Shown: positions 50,148 to 60,106 of the stretch, in pieces
Position numbering within the stretch: position 1 is the first letter of the stretch
Layout of the letters: the number at the start of each line of letters is the position of its first letter
Source: Candidatus Latescibacterota bacterium
GTDB taxonomy: Bacteria; Latescibacterota; UBA2968; GCA-2709665
Reading direction: 5' to 3'
Assembly: GCA_965208835.1 (NCBI GenBank)
Contig: OZ242358.1
Span: 3,680,001 to 3,744,000, forward strand
DNA: 64,000 bases
The notes under the pieces: model-generated
What the model saw: the letters and a program-made list of their open reading frames with translations, nothing else
What the model was told of the DNA's origin: nothing
The model's database searches: none
Program-made: the position numbers and the translations under genes

Positions 50148-51884
50148 ATGCCTGAAACAATGCTGTCCGAACCACGACATTCTGTACGCGTAGAACGCAA
50201 TGTACCCATAAGAATGCGAGACGGCGTCGTCCTGCCAGCCGACGTCTACCGGCCCGACGGCGGCGGTCGACATCCCGTCATCGTGGAACGTGTTGCCTAC
50301 GAACTCGTCGGCCGTTGCACGTCGAACGGCGAGTTCTTCGCGAGCCGGGGATACGTCTTCGTCGGACAGAACGTGCGGGGCACGTTTGCCTCCGAAGGCG
50401 AGTGGCAACCGTTCCGGGACGACGGATGGGGCGCCAACCGCGACGGATACGACACGATTGAATGGGCAGGTGTTCAATCGTGGTCCAATGGCCGCGTGGG
50501 TATGGCCGACGGCTCCTATTCCGGATTCTCTCAGTATATGGTCGCCCCGACCCGGCCGCCGCACTTGAAGGCGCTCTACGTTCGGCAGGGCGGAGCAGAC
50601 TATTACAGCGGTTTCTGGTACCGTTACGGCGCCTTCTCACTGCCCTTCCAGAAGTGGGCGATGCAGACGCTGCTGGCCCAGCTGGAACACGAAAGCGCGC
50701 CACCGGGTTTGGATGCCGCGAGGGCCCGCCTTGCAGCTGCATTGGACGAATACGAAGACTGGGAGCAGCATCTTCCGTTGAAGTCATTCCCACCCCTGGA
50801 GGGTCTGCTCGACTGGTATTTCGATTACCTGGCCCACCCCGAAGACGGTCCCTACTGGTGGCCCACGAACATCGCGTCGAAATTCGGCGATATCGACACG
50901 CCCATGCTTCATTTCGGCGCGTGGTTCGACGTCTTCCTGGACGGTACGCTGCAGTCCTTCCAGGGAATCCGAAAAAGCGGTAAAACCCGGGCTTGCCGAC
51001 AAGGCCAACGCCTGCTGATCGGACCCTGGATCCACGGTCCGGGCAACGCCGCCAGGCGTGTGGTCGGCGAACTCGACTTCGGCCCGCAGGCAGCGTTCGA
51101 CATGAACGCGCACCGCCTGCAGTGGTACGATTACTGGCTGAAGGGAATGGACAACGGAGTCATGGACGGTCCGCCGGTACGCATTTTCCTGATGGGAAAG
51201 AACCAGTGGCTGGACCTGGACGACTGGCCGCCACCGGGCATTACGTACCGATCCGCGTATTTGCGGGAGGGCTCCGGCAAAGACGAAAATTCGCTCAACA
51301 ACGGCGGGCTGGCCTTCGATCCGCCCGATAGTGCCGAACACCCCGACAGCTTTGAGTACGATCCGAAAGAACCCATGCCCGGGCTGCGCTTCTATCCAAC
51401 GCTGGGTCCGGTGGACCACCGGCACCTTGAAGGAGGGATGCTAACCTATACTTCGGCGGTACTGAAGCGAGACCTGACCGTCATCGGACCCGTCAAAGCC
51501 ATCCTGCACGGACTGTCATCAGCCCCGGATACGGACTGGGTGGTCCGACTCTGCGACGTCTGGCCGGACGGCCGGTCCATGCCCGTCTGCGACGGCATCC
51601 TGAGGGCGCGATTCCGCAACTCACTGCAACGACCCGAGATGATGACGCCTGGGAAGATATACAGGTTTGAAATCGACATGTCCGCTACGGCCCAGGTGTT
51701 CCAATCGGGGCACCGCCTGCGCATAGAAATCACAAGCAGCGATTTCCCACGGTACGATCGGAATCTGAACACGGGGGGTCCGTTCGGAGAGGAAGCCACC
51801 GGCCGGGTCGCTGTCAACACGGTCTTCCACGACGCGGGCCGGCCGTCTTGCGTCGTCCTGCCCGTTGTGGAAGACTCACCTTGA
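50148..51884 (+). CDS. CocE/NonD family serine hydrolase
   Basis: MRDGV.L..DVYRP, RGTFASEG, GSYSG nucleophile, GAWFD, IGPWIH, SSDFPRYDRN. Confidence 0.93.
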   Translation: MPETMLSEPRHSVRVERNVPIRMRDGVVLPADVYRPDGGGRHPVIVERVAYELVGRCTSNGEFFASRGYVFVGQNVRGTFASEGEWQPFRDDGWGANRDGYDTIEWAGVQSWSNGRVGMADGSYSGFSQYMVAPTRPPHLKALYVRQGGADYYSGFWYRYGAFSLPFQKWAMQTLLAQLEHESAPPGLDAARARLAAALDEYEDWEQHLPLKSFPPLEGLLDWYFDYLAHPEDGPYWWPTNIASKFGDIDTPMLHFGAWFDVFLDGTLQSFQGIRKSGKTRACRQGQRLLIGPWIHGPGNAARRVVGELDFGPQAAFDMNAHRLQWYDYWLKGMDNGVMDGPPVRIFLMGKNQWLDLDDWPPPGITYRSAYLREGSGKDENSLNNGGLAFDPPDSAEHPDSFEYDPKEPMPGLRFYPTLGPVDHRHLEGGMLTYTSAVLKRDLTVIGPVKAILHGLSSAPDTDWVVRLCDVWPDGRSMPVCDGILRARFRNSLQRPEMMTPGKIYRFEIDMSATAQVFQSGHRLRIEITSSDFPRYDRNLNTGGPFGEEATGRVAVNTVFHDAGRPSCVVLPVVEDSP

Positions 51885-51997
51885 TTCGCAACCTTTGGAG
51901 ACGTTAATTCGAATAAGTGCGAGATAATAAAGGCGATTAAGCTGCGGATAACCCGGATGCACCAGGCCTCTGGACGTGAACCGAAAAGACGTCCTCC
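51878..51997 (+). repeat. Conserved non-coding element, copy 2
   Basis: Matches the reverse complement of 29050-29172; starts across the cocE stop codon, between convergent genes. Confidence 0.8.
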
Positions 51998-52210
51998 TGG
52001 AAGACCCTTACGCCCCGTTTCGTGTGCTTTCGTCGCGTCGCCGCGTCGCTGTTTTTCATGGGCTAAGCGGCCGTCTCACAATCCGAGCCGCGGGACCCCG
52101 GTTTCTTGTCCTTGCACCGACCGGCAGAAAACCGCCCTGCACGGGTACGCTGTTTTTCGTCGTAACAGCCTCCCGGCAGGGCCTTTTGACCCTACAGCCT
52201 CTTTCACAGT

Positions 52211-53707
52211 TCATTCTTCCGGAAATGCATTGCACCCGGGGGGCGCCTTCCAGTGACCCGCCAGATCGTGGTCCACGACGCCGGCCCACCGTCGCAACAC
52301 ACGCCGTCCCTCGGTCCGTCGCTTCAGCTTCGCCCCGATCTCGCCCCCGTGCCATCCCTCCCGGACCCGCTCCAGGAGCGCCCCCTTCACCTCCGCACAA
52401 CCCGGGTCTCTCGCCAGGTCGTTGAATTCATGGGGATCGTCGTCCAGATGGAATAACTGCGGTTCATCGAAACCATGGTAATTGTTCAATTTCCATGGTC
52501 CATGGCGGACCATCCGGCCCGGCGGTTCGTCGGCACCGCTGTAATTTTCGGAAAACACCTCATTCGACCAACCCGGCGCCCGTCCGTCGCCCTCAAGAAA
52601 ACACCTGAGGCTGCGGCCTGCAACCTCCGGCAGCGGATCTCCGCAGGCCAGGTCGATCAGCGTGGGGCCGACGTCCAGCAGGCTTGTCACGGCATCAACA
52701 CGCCGCCCCTCCCCGAAACGCCCAGGAAACGACGCGATCATGGGCACGCCGGCGGATCCCTCGTAAAAGCTGCTCTTCCACCACATCCCGTGCTCACCTG
52801 CCATCTCCCCATGGTCTGAGAGATAGATCACCGCGGTGTTGTCCGCGAACGACGTTGAAGCCAGCGTCTCCAGCAACCGTCCGATCAGACCGTCCAGGAA
52901 CGTGACGAGGCCGTAGTAGGCCGCGCGTGCCCGGCGCACCGCGTCGTCGCTCAATCCGTTGACCCCGCGCTTCTCGCGCCAGAGACGCATTGCCGGATGC
53001 AGCTCATCCAGGTAGCTTTCGGGAACGGCCGGAAGCTCCACCCGACGGTGATATTCCTCGTATAAATCTCCGGGACAGATAAACGGGCAATGCGGCAACA
53101 CAAAGCCCGTTACGAGGCAAAACGGTCGCTCGGCGCCAGTCCTGTCGCGGCTCTCAAGGAAATCACAACAGGCCTCGGTCACTGCAACGTCGTACGCCTG
53201 GTAGGCCGTACGGCCCGGTCCGGAGACTTCAACCGATTGGCGGGATTGGCCGGTCGTCCCGGTCGGAATATGTCCCAGATCGGGACCCGGACCTCCCGGT
53301 AACGGACCCGATACATCTCCAATGATGCGCTTCTCGAATCCGTGAAGCTGGTCCGGTCCGACAAAGTGCATCCTGCCGCCCAGGACCGTCTCGTATCCCG
53401 CCAGCCCCAGACCGTGTGCGAAGGTGGGAATGTCCGACCTCAGAAAACAGGAATTGGACCAGACCTCGATATCAGACGCAGGACGTCCCGTAAGAAAAGT
53501 CATCCGCGACGGCACGCAAAGCGGCGCGCCGCAATAGGTATTTTCGAACAGCACGCCCCGCCTCGCCAGCGCATCCAGGTTTGGCGTTCGGACGATTCGA
53601 TCCCCGGCACAACCCATGTACCTCCGGTTGTGCTGGTCCGACATGATCACCAGAAAATTGGGTTGGTCCGGCACAACAAGCCCCCTCGCCTCCTGTCCAT
53701 CAGTCAC
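52211..53707 (-). CDS. Sulfatase (choline-sulfatase-like, Cys-type)
   Basis: PNFLVIMSDQH, LCVPSR, GRMHF, SDHGEM.GEHG.W.K, DPHE. Confidence 0.93.
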   Translation of the reverse strand: MTDGQEARGLVVPDQPNFLVIMSDQHNRRYMGCAGDRIVRTPNLDALARRGVLFENTYCGAPLCVPSRMTFLTGRPASDIEVWSNSCFLRSDIPTFAHGLGLAGYETVLGGRMHFVGPDQLHGFEKRIIGDVSGPLPGGPGPDLGHIPTGTTGQSRQSVEVSGPGRTAYQAYDVAVTEACCDFLESRDRTGAERPFCLVTGFVLPHCPFICPGDLYEEYHRRVELPAVPESYLDELHPAMRLWREKRGVNGLSDDAVRRARAAYYGLVTFLDGLIGRLLETLASTSFADNTAVIYLSDHGEMAGEHGMWWKSSFYEGSAGVPMIASFPGRFGEGRRVDAVTSLLDVGPTLIDLACGDPLPEVAGRSLRCFLEGDGRAPGWSNEVFSENYSGADEPPGRMVRHGPWKLNNYHGFDEPQLFHLDDDPHEFNDLARDPGCAEVKGALLERVREGWHGGEIGAKLKRRTEGRRVLRRWAGVVDHDLAGHWKAPPGCNAFPEE

Positions 53708-53730
53708 GTGCGTTTATTCGCACTGTCTTT

Positions 53731-54972
53731 TCAGAGACTTCCCGATCCCGAGAGCGTAACCAGCCGGATGCGATGGTTGTACGTATCCGCAATGTAAAGA
53801 AACCCGTTCGCCTCATCGAATGCGACGCCGGCCGGCCGGTTTAATGCAGCCGACGTCGCAGGACCGCCGTCGCCGCTAAACCCCGGATTCCCAGTTCCGG
53901 CCACCGTTACAATTGTACCAGAAGACAGATCGATTGCCCGGATGCGATGGTTCTTCTCATCGGCGACGTACAGACGCCCGTCCGGGCCGAACTGTATGTC
54001 GCGGGGGTTGTTCAACATCGCCTGTATCGCAGGTCCGCCGTCACCGCTGAACCCCGCGGCTCCGTTTCCGGCAACGGTATCGATACGGTCCCTTTCGAAG
54101 TCCACGCGCCGAATACGCTGGTTGAGCGTGTCGGAAATGTAGAGGTTTCCATCGGGCCCAAAAGCCAATCCGCCAGCCGGCGGAGGATTGTTGCCGGCAG
54201 GGAGTTTCAGTTGCGCCTGCAGGGGAGGACCGCCGTCGCCACTGAATCCGGTCGTGCCCGTTCCCGCCACCGTGGTAATGACGCTGTTGGCATCGATCTT
54301 CCTCACCCGCAGGTTGCGCTGATCCAGCACATACAGCGTGTTGTCGGGCGCAAGCACCGTCTGCGACGGATGGTTCAGGAGCGCGTCCTCCGCGGCACTG
54401 CCGTCGCCGGCAAACCCCGGCGTATCTCCCAGAAATACCCGTACCCTGCCGCTGACAGGATCGAAAATCCGCAGCTTGTGGTTTCGCCATGCCGTGAGCA
54501 GATAAGCCCCGCCTGACAACTGGACGAGATGGGTGGGATGACTCAGATTGACCGACCTCCCGGGCGCCCCGGGCGGGATGCGCTCGGACTGCGCGTAGGA
54601 ACCGTCGCCCATCAATCCGCTGCCGATCGCCGTCTCCAGCGTGCTATCGCCTATGGCCGCGCGGCGCACGCGATGGTTGGCCCAATCCAGAACGTAGACC
54701 CGGCCCTCGTGCGTCACCATGACGTCGACCGGCCAGTAGAAGGTGGACAGCAGCAGTACGTTTCCGTCGCCGTCCCATCCCGCGTCCCCGGTACCCGCCC
54801 AGGTGCATATCGTCCCCGGCGTATCCGAACATAGCGAAGGCGGCGCAACCGGCTCCTCGTCGTCGTCGGATTCGATCGGGTTGTCGTCACCGCACGCCGT
54901 CAGAAAACAGGCAAGCAATCCGAAGACAAACCATATGCTGCACCGCCACACACCATCAGTTCCAATCCGCAT
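53731..54972 (-). CDS. NHL-repeat (beta-propeller) lipoprotein
   Basis: Lipobox LTAC; repeated TVAG.G..GFSGDGGPA..A.LN.P...YIAD..N.RIR. Confidence 0.9.
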   Translation of the reverse strand: MRIGTDGVWRCSIWFVFGLLACFLTACGDDNPIESDDDEEPVAPPSLCSDTPGTICTWAGTGDAGWDGDGNVLLLSTFYWPVDVMVTHEGRVYVLDWANHRVRRAAIGDSTLETAIGSGLMGDGSYAQSERIPPGAPGRSVNLSHPTHLVQLSGGAYLLTAWRNHKLRIFDPVSGRVRVFLGDTPGFAGDGSAAEDALLNHPSQTVLAPDNTLYVLDQRNLRVRKIDANSVITTVAGTGTTGFSGDGGPPLQAQLKLPAGNNPPPAGGLAFGPDGNLYISDTLNQRIRRVDFERDRIDTVAGNGAAGFSGDGGPAIQAMLNNPRDIQFGPDGRLYVADEKNHRIRAIDLSSGTIVTVAGTGNPGFSGDGGPATSAALNRPAGVAFDEANGFLYIADTYNHRIRLVTLSGSGSL

Positions 54973-55060
54973 CTTAGCTTACCCTCACACCTGGTCCCTC
55001 TTGACCGGCCTGCCGGTTCCTCCCATTACCGGCGTCGATTACCGCCGCACGTCAGGACCC

Positions 55061-56200
55061 TCAGAAGTCACTCGCACAACGAAATCCACCCTGTTCATCC
55101 GCAAGGAAAGGCGGCTCGAACCATCGAGTCGTCGTGTCGGCAAGGTCAGTGAATGCCCACGACCCTCCCCGCAATACCCGGTTTGCGCCCGTCTCACCGC
55201 CTTTGGGGTTTTCTCTTGGAGAATCACGATAATAAAAGGGGTCGAACCAGTCCTCGCACCATTCCCAGGCATTTCCTGACATATGATGCGCCCCGTATGG
55301 GCTTACGCCTTTCGGGTGGCTATCCACATCCACCGTACGTCCTACATAATGGTCGATATTCGCGAGTTCAGGGGTGGGCGTAGCCGTACCCCAGGGGTAG
55401 GGCCGCTCGTCCGTACCTCGCGCCGCCTTCTCCCACTCCGCTTCCGTGGGCAGGCGCATTCCTGCCCATTCGCAGTACGCCTTTGCGCCGTACCACGTCA
55501 CGTTCGTCACCGCCCGGTTGGCGAGGTAGAACGCTTTCAGCACGTACTCATCCTTGATGGTACGCCCCAATTCTTCGTTTTCCTCGTCTTCGTCCCCTTC
55601 GCGTCCGGCCAGTACGTCGATCGATATCCGAATATCCGCTCTTCTCGATTCCAGATTGTACAGCACGTTGTCTTCCGGGTCCCGGTTGCGATTCGCCGCG
55701 TTCTCGTAGGCGATATCCTCGTCGGTCTGCCACGGCGCGGTGCGGCCGACGATTTTGGTGTTCCGGTTCCTGTCGTTCAGAAAGGCGATGTACTGCGCAT
55801 TGTTCACCTCGTATTTGTCTATCTTGAACGCGTCAAGGTAAACGACATGCGGAGGTGCGTCAGGAACCAACCCCTGGTTGGTTCCCATTACGAAATCTCC
55901 TGCGGAAACGTCAAGAAGTTCATGCTTTACAATAGGAACCACAGGTCCATCTACCACGGTCTGTCCGAAAAATGACGCGAAAATCACAAAGTCGGGCATG
56001 TCCACCGCTCGACTGCCGTCCAGATCGTAGATCGGGTCGTCCGACTGATACGCCCGTGCGAACAGGACAAAGTCGGTCAGATCGATGGTACCACTGCCGT
56101 CAAAATCCACGTCTTCAACCGTGACCCTTTCTGCCCAGACGCGCACCGGGACAAATACGAGGCTAACGATGAATAGAAAACATAAGAGACAACGCGCCAT
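55061..56200 (-). CDS. SUMF1/FGE-sulfatase-domain protein with N-terminal paired EF-hand/dockerin-like motif
   Basis: Signal peptide; DFDGSGTIDLTDF..F / DLDGSRAVDMPDF..F; FVMG, YEV.N, RLPTEAEWEKAARG, MSGNAWEW, RGGSW, GFRC. Confidence 0.88.
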   Translation of the reverse strand: MARCLLCFLFIVSLVFVPVRVWAERVTVEDVDFDGSGTIDLTDFVLFARAYQSDDPIYDLDGSRAVDMPDFVIFASFFGQTVVDGPVVPIVKHELLDVSAGDFVMGTNQGLVPDAPPHVVYLDAFKIDKYEVNNAQYIAFLNDRNRNTKIVGRTAPWQTDEDIAYENAANRNRDPEDNVLYNLESRRADIRISIDVLAGREGDEDEENEELGRTIKDEYVLKAFYLANRAVTNVTWYGAKAYCEWAGMRLPTEAEWEKAARGTDERPYPWGTATPTPELANIDHYVGRTVDVDSHPKGVSPYGAHHMSGNAWEWCEDWFDPFYYRDSPRENPKGGETGANRVLRGGSWAFTDLADTTTRWFEPPFLADEQGGFRCASDF

Positions 56201-56277
56201 GTACGCTTTCTCCTGCACCGGGAATTTCGGTCGAACAACAGACGACCTCCCCGGCGCGATAATTCCCGGCAATCTCC

Positions 56278-59200
56278 TCATTTCTGCACCACGAACGTCG
56301 TTTCCTTCGCAAAGGACTTTCCGCTGTTCAGGTCCGTGACTTCCACGTTCAGGTAATGTCGCCCCGATCGCGCCTCTCCGAGTTCGAGTTCCGTGTAGGC
56401 CACTTCAGACTCCTGTACGCCCAACTGCTCGTATCCAATCGCCACACCCTGTTCTCCTGATCTCCCCGTCAGCGTCTGTGCCAGCCTCGAAAGCACGCCA
56501 CCCGCTTTCGGCCCCATGGTGTACTCGACCCGGTACTGGGTCTGGCCGAACTCATCCCGCTTCAAGTTGTAGATTTCGTAATACACAAATACGTTCTGGC
56601 CCGACCCGTATGTTCGAGAGGGCATCGGTACCACGTTCAACCCATGTTTTCCGAATTTGCCGGCATCGCCGGCGGCATCGCTGACCCTGTATGCCAACTC
56701 CAGGTCGCTTACACGGAGACCCTCACGATGGTAGGATTCGACCACGACCTGCTGCCGGTATATTCCCAGCCGACCCGTCATCCTGTCCCTGGCCTTCACT
56801 TCCAGCCGGTAGACGCCGGGCGGCACTTCCAGCCTGACCACGTCCGGGAGGACCACGTCCGGTCCCGTTCGATTGCCAGGTTGCTTGTATAACACCTCCG
56901 CAGTCTTGCGGTAGACTTTGTCCGATTGGGGCGAAAGCAAAGCCAGCTGCCGGCGCACCGCGACTTGCGTGACGTTATGTTCGGGCAGGTAGTTGGTCAC
57001 GGCGCACGGTATGCCGTAGTAAATCTCCAACACACTCTTGCCGTCTCGCCCCTTGAAGTCGGCAAGTGTATAGTAAAAATCAAACTGAGATTCAGCATAT
57101 TCCGGTGTGTAGGTATCCGGAGTCATTGCAACCGCCTGCTTGAACACCTGCGCAGGCGAAAAGCGACGAAACTTCGTCACCTGCTCTATACCCAGGTCGG
57201 GCGCATCGGGCACCGGCGCAAAATCGAAGATCCGGGAGTTGAACTCATCGGTAAACGTTATCTCTATCCCTCCGTCGATATTCAGATAGACCCACGACTC
57301 CCACGGCGTGGAACCGAGGTCGGCCCCTGCGCTCAGAACCGGACTGAAACCCGATCCGGCGAAAATCTCCGTATTGATGCTGGACGGGAGGGGTCCTGTA
57401 ACCATGCTTGCGAACTCACGCTGTCCGATATCTCCGCCCTCGCCAATCGTCCCTGCCGTGCTGGAACGCTCCGTATCGTTGCGATCCGACGACGAGCCAC
57501 CGTCCCGGCTTCCCTCCGACGTCGTCATCTGCCTCAGATTCGAATCGGAACCATCCGGGTCCCCGCCCGTGAAGGCGTCACGCTCTCCCTCGATGCCCAG
57601 ATCAGCCGAAGTGCTCTCGAATCCAAGAACATCCCGCTCCAGAGCAAAATTGCGTAGGGGAAAGACAGGACCCATAAACGACGCGCCAATGGCCTCGGTG
57701 CCATACAGCTGCCTGGCCAGCCGCTCTTTCACGCGCAGCACGGGCAAGCTGTGCCGGAAATTCACCTTCCGCGAACTCGTCACGTGGTCCGGATCGCCAA
57801 ACCGCACATACACCTCGCCTCGACGGTCCCAGGGCTTCTTGCCATTGGAGAACTCCAGACTGGCATACCAGACCCTGCGGTAATGCTCCAGCAACCGCTC
57901 ATTTACCGAAGTGCCTATGTCCGGATCCCTTACGTTCCAGAAGCTTTCCAGGTAGGCTTCACGGGCAGTGCCTGACGTCCGTTCGTATTCGGCCATTTCC
58001 TCCGGCGACGCTATCAGACTGATGTCACTATAGAGTTCTCGCTGCTCCAGGTCCAGCCTTGAGATGTATGTCGAGAAAAACCCCATCGCCATATCGTATT
58101 TGTTGCGCTTCGCGCAGGCCTGCGCCACAATGGGCATCAGTTCGATTGCATCAGGGTACTCGTGCGTAAACGCCCGAACCTTCTCAAGAATCCGGTCGTA
58201 GTCCTTCACTTTCAGGTACGCATGGCCCAGCCGCCTGCCGACTTTCCGGTCGGCCGGCCTCATCGCGAGAAATCGGGTGTACCAGACAATGGCTTCCTCG
58301 TAATCCTCCATAAAGTTGGCGTACCAATCTCCCATCAGCAGATAGGCATCGGCGTATTCTGGATCCGTTTTCAGCACCCGGTCCAGCTCCGGCTTTACGT
58401 CGTGCTCGTTGAGCATATATCTCACGAGCGCGATTTTATACTGTGCATCTACAAAGTCCCGATCCCGCATCAACGCCTTTCTGAAATACGTAATGGCCTG
58501 GTAGCGCTCGTTGTGGAGTTCCATCAACACGAGGCCCATACCGTAATAGGGTTCGGGATCATTGCCTGGCAGCGCCGCTGCTTTTCTGAACGCCCATTTC
58601 GCACCCCTGTAATATTTGTCCTCCAGGAATGCATATCCCAGTTTCAGATGCGCATTCTTATCCCTGGGACGCTGGTGGGCAACGACACGGAGTGGAAAGA
58701 TCGCCTCGTCCACTTCATTTTTGTCGAGACGCGTCACACCGAGGTCGAATAGTGAATCGACCCTGGCGCGCGGCATATTCTGCGCCTGCACTGCGTAACC
58801 GCCGGGACCGCCCAGAAGATATTGCACCCGCCCCCGGTGCCAGTAACATGTCAACACGGGGCCGCCGGCATGAACTGCGGGACGGAAAGAATATCCGATG
58901 TCAGGCATGTGGGGTTCGTCGGTTGCAGGACAATGGAAGAGTTGCTTGAGTTGCGTCAGATCCCGCGCTCTCTCGGATGCGCCCAACCGCCGCTTTTCCA
59001 GTTCGACTGACGCCCATGACAGAAGTCCGCTCAGGTCTGATGTTTCTTCATTGCTGCGCACCGAGTCGAACTCTGAAATCAGATCGCCGACAACAAGCAG
59101 GCGTTCCGAGCATACTGCTTCCTTCAGTGTCTCGTCATTTTTGATTCGGCTCCGAATCGCATCGATGTAGCCCTGGCAGCTTCCTCGGGACAGACCCAGC

Positions 59201-60027
59201 GGAGCATAGGACCTGCGAATATCCTTGAAACCGCTGACGGATTCCCGGTAAGCATCCCTGGCGCCGCGGTACTCCCCACGATGCATCGCGTGATGACCAC
59301 GAACCCACCAGTTCAACGCCTGATGCACCATCAGCATTGCAGCGTCGATCTCCTTTTCGTGTGTAGGCTGCGGAGGCCTTGCGGCGCCTTTTTCGCGTGA
59401 GCTGCGCCACGCCGGCGCTTCGCCACCATCCATTCCAACATGGGACAACTTGCCGTCCACCACGGCGGCAACCGCATCCGCGTCCGCAGACCACCCTAAA
59501 GGACCGCGCACGTGTCCGCGCACAAGCAACCTGGCGCGGCCGAAGTAATCAACGGTCCACAAGCCGTTGCGATCCGTTACGGCCAGCCGAGTCCCATCCG
59601 GCGCCACCGCAAAGTCGATCGGGTCCAATTCGTCGGGCAACGGCCAGAGTGACTCCCCGGATGCCTGAATCCGCCAGATCCGATTGCGTACCAGGGGCAG
59701 ACGCCGCTGTTTTCGCGCGTCGGACGTCAGCCTGCCCAGGGGCGTGGTGCCAAACGCGACGTGATCCAACCCCCGCTCCAGATAGACAAGCCCACCGCCC
59801 GGCAGGAATCCCACGTCCCCCGGAGGACCCAGGTAGATTCCAGCACGGGTCGGCGCAGTCCCGTCGGTTCGTCCCTGCCAGATCTGCGTAAACAGGACCA
59901 TCGGCTTACCGGAAGGGATGAGCCAGACAACCCGCTCACCGTCACGCGAGTATTTAGCGGGCGGTGCGGCAAGGGCCCCCGAAGCCAGCCCGAGCAAGGC
60001 TGCTGCAATTGCAGTGTATTTCAGCAA
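56278..60027 (-). CDS. Large secreted TPR + GWxTD-domain protein
   Basis: Signal peptide; TPR helices; FW..RDP.....NE...EHYRRVWYA...PWDRRGEVYVRFGDPD; C-terminal SDLELA...YYEIYNL module. Confidence 0.82.
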   Translation of the reverse strand: MLKYTAIAAALLGLASGALAAPPAKYSRDGERVVWLIPSGKPMVLFTQIWQGRTDGTAPTRAGIYLGPPGDVGFLPGGGLVYLERGLDHVAFGTTPLGRLTSDARKQRRLPLVRNRIWRIQASGESLWPLPDELDPIDFAVAPDGTRLAVTDRNGLWTVDYFGRARLLVRGHVRGPLGWSADADAVAAVVDGKLSHVGMDGGEAPAWRSSREKGAARPPQPTHEKEIDAAMLMVHQALNWWVRGHHAMHRGEYRGARDAYRESVSGFKDIRRSYAPLGLSRGSCQGYIDAIRSRIKNDETLKEAVCSERLLVVGDLISEFDSVRSNEETSDLSGLLSWASVELEKRRLGASERARDLTQLKQLFHCPATDEPHMPDIGYSFRPAVHAGGPVLTCYWHRGRVQYLLGGPGGYAVQAQNMPRARVDSLFDLGVTRLDKNEVDEAIFPLRVVAHQRPRDKNAHLKLGYAFLEDKYYRGAKWAFRKAAALPGNDPEPYYGMGLVLMELHNERYQAITYFRKALMRDRDFVDAQYKIALVRYMLNEHDVKPELDRVLKTDPEYADAYLLMGDWYANFMEDYEEAIVWYTRFLAMRPADRKVGRRLGHAYLKVKDYDRILEKVRAFTHEYPDAIELMPIVAQACAKRNKYDMAMGFFSTYISRLDLEQRELYSDISLIASPEEMAEYERTSGTAREAYLESFWNVRDPDIGTSVNERLLEHYRRVWYASLEFSNGKKPWDRRGEVYVRFGDPDHVTSSRKVNFRHSLPVLRVKERLARQLYGTEAIGASFMGPVFPLRNFALERDVLGFESTSADLGIEGERDAFTGGDPDGSDSNLRQMTTSEGSRDGGSSSDRNDTERSSTAGTIGEGGDIGQREFASMVTGPLPSSINTEIFAGSGFSPVLSAGADLGSTPWESWVYLNIDGGIEITFTDEFNSRIFDFAPVPDAPDLGIEQVTKFRRFSPAQVFKQAVAMTPDTYTPEYAESQFDFYYTLADFKGRDGKSVLEIYYGIPCAVTNYLPEHNVTQVAVRRQLALLSPQSDKVYRKTAEVLYKQPGNRTGPDVVLPDVVRLEVPPGVYRLEVKARDRMTGRLGIYRQQVVVESYHREGLRVSDLELAYRVSDAAGDAGKFGKHGLNVVPMPSRTYGSGQNVFVYYEIYNLKRDEFGQTQYRVEYTMGPKAGGVLSRLAQTLTGRSGEQGVAIGYEQLGVQESEVAYTELELGEARSGRHYLNVEVTDLNSGKSFAKETTFVVQK

Positions 60028-60106
60028 ACGTCCCTCCGGAACCTACCGATGTCCGAATAGCGAAGCGGGCGGAACAGCGACAAGGAATGCCATAAAGATA
60101 CGAAAG

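Noticed and set aside
52063-52205. Possible degenerate MITE (GCGGCCGTCTCACAA...ACAGCCTC ends)
   Set aside because: The inverted ends match poorly and there is no clear second copy, beyond a 12-bp resemblance to 18509-18520
55061-56200. Calling this a sulfatase-maturing FGE
   Set aside because: The catalytic Cys pair is absent
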